Shown here in pieces: positions 24,272 through 35,712 of a DNA stretch of 64,000 nt. The stretch is from an uncultured Phycisphaerales bacterium (GTDB lineage Bacteria > Planctomycetota > Phycisphaerae > Tepidisphaerales > Tepidisphaeraceae): contig CAVWLP010000002.1 of NCBI GenBank assembly GCA_963755915.1, forward strand, positions 4,192,001 through 4,256,000, in the 5' to 3' direction. Position 1 is the stretch's first letter. The number at the start of each line of letters is the position of its first letter. The position numbers and the translations under genes are program-made. Under the pieces are notes generated by a model, which searched no databases, had not been told where the DNA came from, and saw nothing but the letters and a program-made list of their open reading frames with translations.

Positions 24272-24811
24272 TCACGTTCGGGCGCGGTGAAATCTTTCAT
24301 ACATCAACAGAGTCGCGATGGTCTTACCATCCATGATCTCGGCACTGTCGATTAATTTCAATGCATCATCAAACAGTGTAGGCATTATTTCTATCTCTTC
24401 TCCATCCTCCAATGCCTGTTCTTTCTTTTCCAGACCAAACGCCGCAAAGGCGTACAATTTTTCCGTCAAAATCCCCGGCGAAGAATAAAAAGCCCCGATC
24501 CGCTGCAGACGACCCGCCAGATACCCCGTCTCTTCCAAAAGCTCCCTCCCTGCGCAGTTCATCGGGTCTTCCCCTTTTTCCAATGTTCCCGCCGGCAGCT
24601 CGATCAAAACCTGGTGAACCGAATACCGATGGTTCCGGATCAGCAGCACCCTCCCATCTTCCATCACCGGCAAAATCACCACCGCCCCCGGATGGATCAC
24701 CATCTCCCTGCTGTATTCCTTCCCCGTCTCTTCATCCTCCACCCGATCGACCTCTACCTGCACCTTTTTACCCTTGAAAACATGCTGTTTCTCGATCAAG
24801 CGGTAATGCAT
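24272..24811 (-). CDS. Nudix hydrolase (ADP-ribose pyrophosphatase-like)
   Basis: Nudix box GTLEKGEDPMNCAGRELLEETGY; HPGAVVIL, FYSSPG, DGKT. Confidence 0.92.
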   Translation of the reverse strand: MHYRLIEKQHVFKGKKVQVEVDRVEDEETGKEYSREMVIHPGAVVILPVMEDGRVLLIRNHRYSVHQVLIELPAGTLEKGEDPMNCAGRELLEETGYLAGRLQRIGAFYSSPGILTEKLYAFAAFGLEKKEQALEDGEEIEIMPTLFDDALKLIDSAEIMDGKTIATLLMYERFHRART

Positions 24812-25263
24812 CGAACGCGATCTCCCAAATCAAGTATACCGAACTACCGCGCATTTCGAACCCGCAAAATGTGGGCCAGATCCCTGTGTAGCCGGCGAGC
24901 TTGCTCGCCGCGTTTCCCCGCTGCCTTATACGCATAGTCTGCCCAGCCGGAAGCTGATAAGGTTGTCCCCAGATTGAAGATAAGCATTCCTGAATCGCTA
25001 GTTATTTGGGGCCTTGGAGCCATCGGATGCACCTTAATCACGTCAGCTCGATCTACCTCTGCATCTTCCTACTCTTCGAAGCGGCAATCTGGGTCATCCT
25101 CGACCTCGCCTCCCCCCGCCTGACCATCACCCCCCCACTCCCTGAATCTCCCCTTCCACCCCCCTCCCCCCTCCCCCACCCAATACATATCAACCCCAGC
25201 GAATGGGACACCCGGCCCCGCCCCTTATACAATCCCCCACCCGCTCCAAATCATCCTCCCCCG

Positions 25264-27412
25264 ATGCACTCCGCCGATTTCATCCTCCTCCTCGTCGTCC
25301 AGACAGGCCTGATCCTCGCCCTCAGCCGGATCATGGGCTACCTCTTCGTCCGCTTCCGCCAGCCCCAGGTCATGGGCGAAATGATCGCCGGCATCATGCT
25401 CGGCCCCAGCCTCTTCGGCTGGCTCGCCCCGCAAATATTTCACCAGGTCTTCACCTCCCAAAGCATTCCCTATCTGGAAGCCCTCAGCCAGATCGGCGTA
25501 ATCTTCTTCCTCTTCCTCATCGGCCTCGAACTCGACCCCAAGCTCATCCGAAACCGCGGCCGCACCGCTCTGCTCATCAGCAACGCCAGCATCATCGCCC
25601 CCTTCCTCATGGGCGTGCTGGTCGCCCTTCTTCTCTACCCCAAACTTTTCAACGCCCGCCGTCCGCTTTTCCTCCGTCGCGATGTTCTTCGGCGCCGCCA
25701 TGAGCATCACCGCCTTCCCCGTCCTGGCGCAGGATTCTAACCGAGCGAAATCTCCACAAAACTCACGTCGGCGCCATCGCCATCACCTGCGCCGCCGTCA
25801 ACGACGCCGTGGCCTGGTGCATGCTCGCCCTCGTCATCGCCGTCGCCCGCGCCACCGGCGTTGGCCCCGGCCTCATCACCGCCGCCGAAGCCGTCCTCTA
25901 CATCCTCGTCATGTTCTTCCTCGTCCGCCCCTTCCTTCGCCGCCTCCAGCTCGCCTTCGAAGGCCGCAGCGGCATGAACCAGAACCTCCTCGCCGTCATT
26001 TTCGTCCTCGTCCTCGCCTCTTCCTTCGTCACCGAATGGATCGGCATCCATGCCCTCTTCGGCGCTTTCGTCATGGGCGCCATCATGCCCAAGGGAACGC
26101 TCTTCGTTAAAACCCTCACCGAAAAACTCGAAGACTTCACCGTCGTCCTCCTCCTCCCGATCTTCTTCGCCTACACCGGCCTGCGCACCCAACTCGGCCT
26201 CCTCGACCACCCCTCCCTCTGGTTTTACACATGCATCATCATCCTCGCCGCCAGCGCCGGAAAATTCGGCGGCGCCGCCCTCGCCGCTCGCGTCGCCGGC
26301 CTCACCTGGCGCGAATCCTCCGCCATCGGCATCCTCATGAACACCCGCGGCCTCATGGAACTCGTCATCCTCAACATCGGCCGCGACCTCGGCGTCATCA
26401 CCGACTCCGTCTTCGCCATGATGGTCATCATGGCCATCGTCACCACCGCACTCACCACCCCCATCCTCCATCTCGTCCATCCCAAAGTCGAAGCCGAAGC
26501 CGACCAGCTCGCCGAAGCGGCCGAGCAAAAACCCTTCTCCGTCCTCATCCCCGTCGCCTTCCCCGCCAGCGGCGGCCCCCTCGCCCAAATGGCCGCCCTC
26601 CTCACCCCCCCCATCGACGCCGGCCGAAGAATCATCGCCCTTCACCTCCAGCGCCTTGCCGACCGCGACCCCTATTCCGTCCGCATGTCCGACACCATCG
26701 ACCAGCCCACCGAAACGCTCGAACCATTGCTCGCCGCCGCCAAACGGCTGGAGATTCCCGCCGAGCCCATCGCCTTCGTCAGCCGCGACATCCCCAGCGA
26801 CATCGCCCGCATCGCCCGCCTTCGTTCCGCCCAGATCTGATCCTCATGGGCTTTCACAAACCCGTCTTTGGCCAGGCCATCCTCGGTGGCACCGTCCACC
26901 GCGTCATGACCGCCAGCGACAACGACGTCGCCGTCTTCGTCGACCGCGGCATCAAGACCGAAATCCGCACCGTCCTCGCCCCCTACCTCGGCGGCAAACA
27001 CGATCTCCTCGCCCTCGACTTCGCCGGCCGCATCGCCCGCAACGGCAGGGCCGAGCTGACCGTCCTCCACATCGTCCCCCCCGCGCGCTCCCAAACCGAC
27101 GCCGTCCTCCACGCCCGCACCGCGGTCGACCGCACCTTCGCCGACCCATCCCAGCCCACGCCCGTCCACTTCCAGGTCATCGAAGACCAAAGCCCGGTAG
27201 ATGCCGTCATCCAGCAAGCCGGCCAATACGACCTGGTGGTGATTGGCGTAGAAGAGCAATGGGGCATGCAATCCCAACTCTTCGGCTTCCGCCCCGAACG
27301 CATCGCCCGCGAAGCGACAACGTCGCTCTTGATCGTCCGCAAATACGCCGGGCCGGCGGTTCCCTCAAACCCGACCCGCGCAGAAATCTCAACCCTTCAA
27401 CCATCCACCTAG
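25264..27412 (+). CDS. Cation:proton antiporter (CPA2) with C-terminal USP-like domains (frameshifts near 25660, 25735 and 26835)
   Basis: RQPQVMGEMIAGIMLGPS, SITAFPVLA, LPIFFAYTGLRT, LMNTRGLMELVILNIG; C-terminal LILMGFH...LGGTVHRVM and YDLVVIG. Confidence 0.9.
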
Positions 27413-28048
27413 TTTCCCCCCGTGTAGCCGGCGAGCTTGCTCGCCGTGAGCCTGTCGAACGACTCGCCGCTTCTCTCCCACTAAATTCTCCTCCGCTCCT
27501 CCCCAATTTTCCCCTCGCCCGGTAATCCGGGGGAGCCCCCCTGTCCTCTTCCGCCAGTTTCGGCACGATGGGTGAGGGCCGAGGAACCGAGCGCAACCAC
27601 GCTCAACAATCTTCTTCCGCCCCCTCACTGCACCTCACGAAGCCCAGATTCGACGATTCTCCCACATTCCGGGCCGCGTGACGGAGAACCGCGGAGGTCG
27701 TACCCACACCAGCGGCAGAGGCCGAGGCGCGCGTCCGCCACGGAGTTTCCTTCGCCCCTCGATTTTCAGCCAGCCGATCATGATGAAGCTGAAGGCGGCG
27801 AAATATCCCAATAAGCACGTAATGTTGGCCCATCGTGGAGTGAGACGTCCGCCAGCCGCTTCAATCACCAGCATATCAATTAAAGGTTCATATCAATTAA
27901 AGGCTCACGTCACTTTTATTTGCGCTTTTATTTGCGCCCGATTCAGTGAAAATGCTTGAATTAGCGAACACTCATATATCTCTGGACGTCCCGCATTGCT
28001 CTGGTATTCTCTGTCCGTCCGGAGCTTGTTAACGCGACTCGTTGGCTA

Positions 28049-29074
28049 ATGCAAAACCTCGTCTGTAATCTACCTCGCGGCGGTCAGATGCCAGAAGACA
28101 GCGATCCTTCACTTCAGATCCCAATTTGTGAGATGCCTGAGGGCTGCAGTCGAATTTCATCCATATTCAAATTTACTGCCCGCGTTTTGATCATTTGCGC
28201 CTGTTTCGTGCTTACAGGGTGCGTCGGTGGGCAGCTGATACCACCCAGCGAGACACTGGTCATGCCAACCGGCACAGTTACCAAAATAAGCTATGTGTAC
28301 ATGGCCGAATTATCCCCCGATGGCAAGCACCTCGTCTACTGCCGCGCGACGGATGACGAAAAGGTATCACACGTTTACATTTCTAACGCAGACGGAACTA
28401 GTCCGCAGCAAGTCACAAATTCGCCGGGTGCGGATAGCGAACCCTCCTGGTCGCCCGATGGTAAACGGATCATTTTTATCCGAGCGGCCAGATTTCGACC
28501 CTACAGCCTGGGAGGAATGGTCTGGGATGACATGGATTTGTGGACTGTTGGTGCTAATGGCAATGGTGAGATTCGCGTAACCGTAAGCGATTTTTATCAG
28601 GCAGGAAGTCCGCACTTTTCACCCGATAGTCGGCGTGTAACTTTCTGGGCCGATCGCGATCCCCCAGCAAATGCTCCCCTCGGCCAGCCAGGAACGACGG
28701 ATATCGCGATTGGAGACCTCGATCGAGATGGCCCTATGCATGTAATAAAGTGGATGCCCACAACGGCCGGCCCCGATGGGAGTGAATATTTTTCCGCCTT
28801 GAACCGCGATCCGTCTTTTTCCCCGGATGGTTCGACCATCGCGTTCGTTTCAAATCGCGTTGGGAATGTTTCTCCCTTTGATTATGAAATCTGGCTGACA
28901 GATCCGGCATTTGATCGAGTCATTCAACTCACACACCTACACATGGTTTTGGCGTCACCAACGTTCACGTCCGATGGCCAACATATCCTTTTCACCGCTG
29001 GGTTCACTGACGGCGGGAAGTATCTGCTATGGCAGGTGAACCCAAACGGAAGTGGCAGAAGGCAGCTAAGGTGA
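28049..29074 (+). CDS. TolB-like PD40 beta-propeller lipoprotein
   Basis: Lipobox VLTGC and repeated P.(W/F)SPDG motifs; GC lower than the flanking core genes. Confidence 0.82.
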   Translation: MQNLVCNLPRGGQMPEDSDPSLQIPICEMPEGCSRISSIFKFTARVLIICACFVLTGCVGGQLIPPSETLVMPTGTVTKISYVYMAELSPDGKHLVYCRATDDEKVSHVYISNADGTSPQQVTNSPGADSEPSWSPDGKRIIFIRAARFRPYSLGGMVWDDMDLWTVGANGNGEIRVTVSDFYQAGSPHFSPDSRRVTFWADRDPPANAPLGQPGTTDIAIGDLDRDGPMHVIKWMPTTAGPDGSEYFSALNRDPSFSPDGSTIAFVSNRVGNVSPFDYEIWLTDPAFDRVIQLTHLHMVLASPTFTSDGQHILFTAGFTDGGKYLLWQVNPNGSGRRQLR

Positions 29075-29183
29075 ACATCCGTTATGCGATCCGAGAAGAG
29101 TGAAGGGACGTGAACCTTAATATTAACGGTTTACGTCCCCTTTGATTCCCGCTGCCCCCAAAAGCCACACCAGACCGGAAATC

Positions 29184-29430
29184 TCAACCGTCCACGCGTG
29201 ACGGCGGCTGGACGCGGCCGGGCGGTACTCCGCGCAGGCCGGATGCCGTGAAGCCGGAAGCGAAATAATTTGTTGCTCGCCGCCGCCGCCGCAGGCAGCA
29301 AACTCCAATCAGCGTGCCCAATCCAACTAAGCTGGAGGGTTCAGGCACCGAATACGTATACCGGGGCTTCGCGCGACCGATTGCTCCGTCGTCACGCCCG
29401 GGCGGCTACACGGCTAACGGGTCATTCCAT
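29184..29430 (-). pseudogene. Relic of a PEP-CTERM gene (RBS and ATG, stops, then an orphan sorting signal)
   Basis: Minus strand reads AAGGAG-N6-ATG GAA TGA, then YSVPEPSSLVGLGTLIGVCCLRRRRRA (VPEP at 29337-29348). Confidence 0.6.
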
Positions 29431-29707
29431 GGTGAACTCCTTTCAGTTCACAAGACAAAACCGGTTTCACTGACGCACCAGAGGCGCTGAGCGCGGAGAT
29501 GGGAAAGAAATAACCGTCGAATGGTCTTTGCTCGGTCCTCTGCGAGCTCCGCGCCTCCGCGTGAGGTCCGCTTTAATCCCACAATCCATTAAGTTAGCGA
29601 TTACTAATTTAAATCGTAAAACTGTCAGATTTTGTCAGATTCTGTCAGGTCGCTCCCACCCCCTGACTTGACTTTTCCCCAAAATCCGCTCTAATAGCCT
29701 GCTTAAT

Positions 29708-29782
29708 ATGACTCAGGTAAACCCCCTGCTTTCGCTTCAACTTACTCCGACCCTTCCGGGCCTTGGTAACGCGCGATCGTAG
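29708..29782 (+). CDS. Leucine attenuator leader peptide
   Basis: MTQVNPLLSLQLTPTLPGLGNARS*: 6 Leu codons, 5 of them CTT, directly upstream of a terminator and leuA. Confidence 0.78.
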   Translation: MTQVNPLLSLQLTPTLPGLGNARS

Positions 29783-29812
29783 GAAGCCTGACTTTTAACG
29801 TCGATTTTCAAG

Positions 29813-29843
29813 GCCCTGCGATCGAAATCGCAGGGCTTTTTTT
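29813..29843 (+). terminator. Attenuator terminator upstream of leuA
   Basis: Stem GCCCTGCGAT-cgaa-ATCGCAGGGC followed by T7. Confidence 0.88.
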
Positions 29844-29882
29844 GTTGTCTCGGTTTTGGTTCTATTCTTTCAGGAGTCCGCC

Positions 29883-31443
29883 ATGGAACCCATGGACACC
29901 GTGCGAATTTTCGATACCACCCTGCGCGACGGCGAGCAATCGCCCGGCGCCACCCTCACCATGCCCGAAAAACTCGAAATCGCCAAACTCCTTGAATCCA
30001 TGGGCGTGGACATCATCGAGGCCGGCTTCCCCATCAGCTCCAACGGCGACTTCGAATCCGTCCAGGCCATCGCCGCCGAAATCGGCCGAAGCGTCGTCTG
30101 CGGTCTGGCCCGCTGCGTCCCGGGCGATATCGACCGCGCCGGCAACGCCGTGAAATCCGCGGCCAAGAAACGGATTCACATCTTCTGCGCCACCAGCAAG
30201 ATTCACCGCGAGCACAAGCTGAAAAAAGGGAAGGAAGAGATCATCCGCATCAGCGTCGAATCGGTGAAACAGGCAAGGGAATTTACGGATGACGTGGAGT
30301 TTTCGCCGGAGGATTCGAGCCGGACCGAGCTCGATTTTCTGCAGGAGATCGTTCACGCCGCGGTGGAGGCCGGCGCGACGACCGTGAATCTCCCCGACAC
30401 CGTCGGCTACGCCACGCCCAAAGGGTACGGCGAAATCTTTTCCTATCTCTTCGCGAAGCTGCCGATTCTGAAGCAGAAGAAGGTCGTTCTTTCCTGCCAT
30501 TGCCACAACGATTTGGGCCTGGCCGTCGCCAACTCCCTGGCGGCAATCGAAAACGGCGCGCGGCAGGCCGAATGTACGATCAACGGCATCGGCGAGCGCG
30601 CGGGCAACGCCGCGCATGGAAGAAATCGTCATGAGCCTGCGTACGCGGCGCGACCATTTCAAAGTCGATACGCACATTGACGCGACCAAGATTTATCCGG
30701 CCAGCCGGATGGTCAGCACCCTCACCGGCCTGGTCGTGCAGCGCAACAAAGCCATCGTCGGCGAAAATGCCTTCGCCCACGAAGCCGGGATTCACCAGGA
30801 TGGAATCCTGAAAAAGCGCGAAACGTATGAGATCATGGACCCCGCAAGCATCGGCATTCCCAAGACGTCGCTGGTTCTGGGCAAACATTCGGGCCGCCAT
30901 GCGTTTCGCGACCGCGTCAACATGCTGGGTTACAGTCTCAACGAAACCCAGCTCGAGGCCGCGTTCGAACAGTTCAAGTCGCTGGCCGACAAGAAAAAGG
31001 AAGTCTTTGACGAAGACCTGGAAGCCCTGGTGGACGACCAGTTGGAGCTGAAGGACGGACTCTGGGAACTCGTCGGCCTGCAGGTGACAGCAGGCGGCAA
31101 GACCATCCCGACGGCGACCGTCACCATGCGCGACACGAACGGGGAAACTGTGCAGGACGCCAGTGTCGGCGACGGGCCTGTCGATGCCATCTATTCCGCG
31201 ATCCAGCGAATTACGGGAATAAAGATGGTGCTGACTGATTACCGCATCCGATCGGTCACCAAGGGCAAAGAAGCCCTCGGCGAAGCCCACGTGGAGCTGG
31301 AGCACAGCAACCGCAAAATCCGCGGGCGAGGCGTGAGCACCGACATCCTCGAAGCCAGCGCCCTCGCCTACGTCGCGGCGGTCAACCGGCTGCGGAGCCT
31401 CAGCAACCGCGAAAAGACGGTGACGCAGCATTCGGGGCTTTGA
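29883..31443 (+). CDS. leuA: 2-isopropylmalate synthase (frameshift near 30615)
   Basis: [55 protein letters not shown] and regulatory domain GDGPVDA; RBS CAGGAG. Confidence 0.95.
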
Positions 31444-31486
31444 CCGAATTTGAAGTTTAGACGCGGCATGTTATTGTGCGTCAGTC

Positions 31487-31562
31487 CGGGGTGTAGCTCA
31501 GCTTGGTTTAGAGCGCTTGGTTCGGGACCAAGAGGTCGCAAGTTCAAATCTTGTCACCCCGA
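31487..31562 (+). tRNA. tRNA-Pro(CGG)
   Basis: Acceptor CGGGGTG/CACCCCG, anticodon arm CTTGG-TTCGGGA-CCAAG, T-loop TTCAAAT; CCA not encoded. Confidence 0.93.
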
Positions 31563-31732
31563 TTTTTTCGCGGAGCGAAAAAATAGAGCGGAGAGTGTTG
31601 AAAGTAGAAAGTAGAGCAGAATGCAGAAAAGGCCTTCGCGAACCAACCGGGTTCCAAGTTAGCTCTCCGCGGTCTACTTTCTACTCTCTACTTTCTTGTC
31701 TTCTCCGCCCGCAGCCCAAAATAGAGCCCGCG

Positions 31733-32280
31733 TCATTTCGCCAGATTGCTCAACCGCGCGTCCATGGCGTACCAAAACCGGCGACCTTCGGGCGTTTGCA
31801 TATCCGCCATGAGCCATAGGGTTCGCGCGATTGAGGCGTTGTCGATCGCATCGACGGGGGGCTTGTTCGTCCAGGAATCAAATTCATAATCGGAATTGTT
31901 CGTCGCCCGGAGAAGAAAATGCGGATCGCCGGTCGCGCGGAACATTTCCAGATCGGCCTCCACCAATAAATGGGCCCATTTCACAGGATCGCGGTAGGCG
32001 CCGCTGTGCCGATCGAGAAACCAGTCGGCCGAAAACGCCGATTGGCGGGCTTCGGACAAATAGGTTTGATTGCCCGTGGCGCGATAGAGCCCCAGCAGGG
32101 CACGGATCATCAGCGCGGTATTGTAGGTGAGTTTGGCATGATTTATCTTGCCGGAGCTCACGACGATGGAATCGAAATAGAGTCCGTCGCGGTCGCGAAA
32201 ATGCCGATCGGTCCAGGCAACGATTTGTTCGGCCCTGGCAACGAACCCGGCGCCGATTGCCGCGGAAGATATGAGGCGAC
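31733..32280 (-). pseudogene. C-terminal fragment of a GH76-like (alpha/alpha)6 glycoside hydrolase
   Basis: DRDGLYFDSI...KLTYNTALMIRALLGLYRATGNQTYLSEA; the upstream part of the ORF is not homologous and the N-terminal half is missing. Confidence 0.6.
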
Positions 32281-32888
32281 TCGCAGACAGCCCACGGCCG
32301 CGGGTGCGTTGGCGGCGTTGCTGATGCAGCTGCTGAAACTGAGATGGCTTTGTGCTCAATCGCAAGAACAGCCTGTTCGTCGGCAACGAGCGCGGTGGCT
32401 ATCCTGTTGGCGGGAATTGGCCGCGATGGATCGTTATGCCTCAACTGACCGAGCGAACGGCAACGCTTTTACAAGCCGCCAAAATCATCGTGACTAGCGA
32501 TGTCACGGGTAAAGATTGACCCGCTCGTTGTCTATCCTGCTGGCGGCAAGTGAGAGTGGTTTACATATTACCATTGTTATTGAGACTCGCTGCGAAAGAG
32601 ATTTACGGTCGTCACTTCAAAAGAGCATTACTGGCGCCCCCTCTTTGGTGTTTAAAGATGTGCCGCCGTAGCAAACTGTCTGCGATGGCATCGGTGATCA
32701 ACGATTGCATTAGCCTCCACGCCACATAATCTATGTGGATTTCGTAATTGCTATTACGCCGATCGAAATAGCCGATGCGCAATGTCCGTACTAAACCCGT
32801 ACTAAACCCTTGAATAATACATAAAAAGATTTAATCTATGCGAATCGTAACGCACGTATTCGCAAGCGTGTTTGGCCTGACGGAATAG

Positions 32889-32930
32889 CTTCGGAACCGA
32901 GGGTTGGGGGTTCGACTTCCTCCAGGTGCG
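32889..32930 (+). other. 3' half of tRNA-Arg(TCG): integrase att-site relic
   Basis: CTTCGGA-ACCGA-GGGTT-GGGGG-TTCGACT-TCCTC-CAGGTGCG starts exactly at the anticodon loop; no 5' half; tandem CCGTACTAAAC x2 at 32786-32807. Confidence 0.7.
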
Positions 32931-33279
32931 TTGAGTTTTAGTGCCGTTTTTGCGCTGTTTTTTTGATTTCGAGTGGGTTGCCTGCGGGGCGTCCGAGTTG
33001 CATCGATATTCTGCCGCTGTGAATTTTATTACAGATTGTTTCGAGTTCATTGCGACACTATTTCACGGAACTAGGTACTAATCCCTATTCTCATGTCTCC
33101 TCGACGATTCGATAAGACGAAATGGGGTATCTTCAAAGTAACGTTCCATCCGGTGCAATGTTCACCACACATCTGACTTGATATTGCCGTTGTTTCATGT
33201 CGCCTCAATAATTCGCCGATTCAACCTCTGAGTAATTCCGATGTTGTCGACTTGCCATTCGGAAGTGCGAGACCGGCCA

Positions 33280-33752
33280 ATGAATCAGCAGGCAAGACTC
33301 TTGGTGTTCCGTCTAAACGATCGCTTTTGCGCCTTTACCTCGAACAAGTGCTGCAGGTCGTTCACGCCGTTGACGCCGCGCCGCTTCCACAGGCGCCGGA
33401 AATTGTGCTGGGGGCCATCGATCTTCACGGGGAAATCGTGCCGCTGCTGAACATCCGGAAGAGATTTGGTTTTTCCGATCGTGACATTAGCGTCGATGAC
33501 CAGTTCATCATCGCGCGGACGGTGGGTCGGGTCGTCGCGCTGGCGGTGGACGAGGTGCGGGATATCGTCGACCGCGCCGCCGAGCGGATAGTGCCGGCGG
33601 CAAATATCGTCGGCCCCCTAGAGCACATCGATGGAGTGATTAAGCTTGAGGACGGGCTGGCGCTGATTCACGACTTGGACAAGTTTCTGTCGCTGGACGA
33701 GCGGCGTGAATTGGAATGCGCCCTGGCCGGGAAGGAAAGCCATGGGCGATAA
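33280..33752 (+). CDS. cheW: CheW adaptor (WspB-like; frameshift near 33335)
   Basis: MNQQARLLVFRL joins LPQAPEIVLGAIDLHGEIVPLLNIRKRFG...ALAVDEV. Confidence 0.87.
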
Positions 33753-35157
33753 CCTTCTGGCCGCCGAACTGCCGCGGCTAAGCGACTTCGTCGCGGATGC
33801 GATCGGCCTGCATTTTCCTCCCTCGCGGTGGAATGATTTGCGACGCGGCGTGGCGGCAACGTCAAAGGAACTTGGGTTTGCAATGCCTGCCGAATGCGCG
33901 AGGCGCTTCCTCGCCGGGCCGATCGCCAAAGAACAAATCGAAATTCTCGCCAACCATCTCACCGTCGGCGAGACCTATTTCATGCGCGAGCCCAAAAGCT
34001 TTGAGATGCTCGCTGAAAAGATTATTCCGGCGATGATCCGCCAGCGTCAAAGCGGCAATCGCGGGCTCCGGATCTGGAGCGCCGCCTGCTGCACCGGCGA
34101 GGAAGCGTATTCGATCGCGATCATCCTCCACCGGGAGATACCGGACATCGGGAACTGGAACATCACGCTTTTGGCGACGGACATTAATTCGCGGTTCCTG
34201 CGTAAAGCGGCCGCCGGTATCTATGGGCAATGGTCCTTTCGGCAGGTCCCGGCCGGATTTCGAGAACAATCTTTCCGGCGGGTCGGCGAGGACCATTGGG
34301 AGATTCTGCCTCAAATCAAACGGATGGTGCATTTCGCGCCGCTCAATCTGGTTGAAGATGTCTATCCGGCGTTGGCCAACGAAACCAACGCGATGGACGT
34401 GATTTTCTGCCGAAACGTGCTGATGTACTTCACCGCCCAACAGGCGCGCAAAGTGGTCGAAAATCTGCATCGCGCAAATCGAAGGCGGCTGGCTGATTAC
34501 CGGCAGCGGCGAACTGTCTCAGGTTTCCGCCACGCCCTATGTCGCGGAGAGTTTTCAAGGATTAACGCATTACCGGAAGTCCGACAAAATCTCCCGAACT
34601 GGGGACGATCGTCCGATCATTTTGCCAGCGCCAAAATTTTCGCCGCGGCATCCCCGATCCGGTCGCTATTCCGAAAATCGAAATTCCGCTAAGTAAGGAA
34701 GCGACAAAGCCTCCCAAGGCGAAGAGCAGCTCCGATTCGTCCTCCGTTCAAAAAAAGCCTGCCAAATTGCGCGCGCGGCGCAACGGCTGGCCAACCGCGG
34801 TCGATTGGCCGAAGCCCTGGATTGCTGCGATCGGTGGGTGGCGGCGGACCGGCTCAATCCCGCGGGACATTATCTCCGCGCAATCATCCTGCAGGAGCGG
34901 GGCGCGATCGCCGATGCCGTCACGGCTTTACGCGGCGCACTCTATCTCGATCCGAATTTTGTGCTGGCGCATTTCGCGCTGGGAAACATCGAGCGCAATC
35001 GCGGCCGCCAGCGCGAGGCCGCTAAGCATTTGGAAAATGCCCGGCGATTGCTTGCGCCTACCGTCCCGACGAAATCCTGCCGGAATCAGAGGGCGTCGCC
35101 GTCCGCCGATTTACTGAAATCGTGAACTCCCTTTTGGAAATGGAGGTCGCCGCGTGA
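33742..35157 (+). CDS. cheR: CheR methyltransferase with C-terminal TPR (WspC-like; several frameshifts)
   Basis: LTVGETYFMRE, IWSAACCTGEEAYSIA, ATDIN, DVIFCRNVLMYF; TPR ALYLDPNFVLAHFALG. Confidence 0.9.
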
Positions 35158-35702
35158 TTCAGGAGACCGCACAAAGCGAATTGCCGTCAGCTCCCGGGCG
35201 AGTTTCGGAAATTCTCCGTGCCCGTGCTCGCAATCTGGCTCGGCCGCTGGGGCGCCGGGAGGCTGATGGTAATTCTCTGGACGTTGTCGAGTTTCGCCTG
35301 GCCAGGGAACTCTACGCGATCGAACTGGCGTTCGTGAGGGAAGTGCTTCGGCTGGAGAACCTGACCCCGCTGCCCTGCACGCCTTCATTCGTGCGGGGGA
35401 TCATCAACGTGCGCGGGCAAATTCTACCGGTCATTGACGTCAAGAAATTTTTCGAGCTTCCGGATGCCGGGATCACCGATCTGCACCGCGTCATCGTCGT
35501 GCATGCCGAAGGGGCTGAAATAGGAATCCTGGCGGACACGGTGACGGCCGTTCGGTCGATCCCGCTGAACAGCACGCAGCCTTCGCTGCCAACCCTGACA
35601 GGCATCCGCGCTGCTTATCTCCGGGGCGTTACCGACAACCACGTCGTGATCCTGGACGTTTCGAAAATTCTGTTGGACCCCAAACTTGTCGAGGAAGAAT
35701 AG
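35154..35702 (+). CDS. cheW: CheW adaptor (WspD-like)
   Basis: ILRARARNLARP, LTPLPCTPSFVRGIINVRGQILPVID. Confidence 0.92.
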   Translation: MIQETAQSELPSAPGRVSEILRARARNLARPLGRREADGNSLDVVEFRLARELYAIELAFVREVLRLENLTPLPCTPSFVRGIINVRGQILPVIDVKKFFELPDAGITDLHRVIVVHAEGAEIGILADTVTAVRSIPLNSTQPSLPTLTGIRAAYLRGVTDNHVVILDVSKILLDPKLVEEE

Positions 35703-35712
35703 GAGCAACACC

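Noticed and set aside
25006-25263. Pro-rich N-terminal extension of the antiporter
   Set aside because: C-rich intergenic sequence read in frame; family homology starts at ATG 25264.
27635-27874. 79-aa minus-strand ORF with one hydrophobic stretch
   Set aside because: No clear RBS or family; the start lies within a tandem repeat; may be a remnant.
31600-31695. Inverted AAAGTAG heptamer repeats after tRNA-Pro
   Set aside because: A real 15/16 inverted match, but a common low-complexity intergenic repeat type with no evidence of a specific function.
32850-32930. Complete tRNA-Arg gene
   Set aside because: No 5' acceptor strand, D-arm or 5' anticodon stem; only the 3' half is present.
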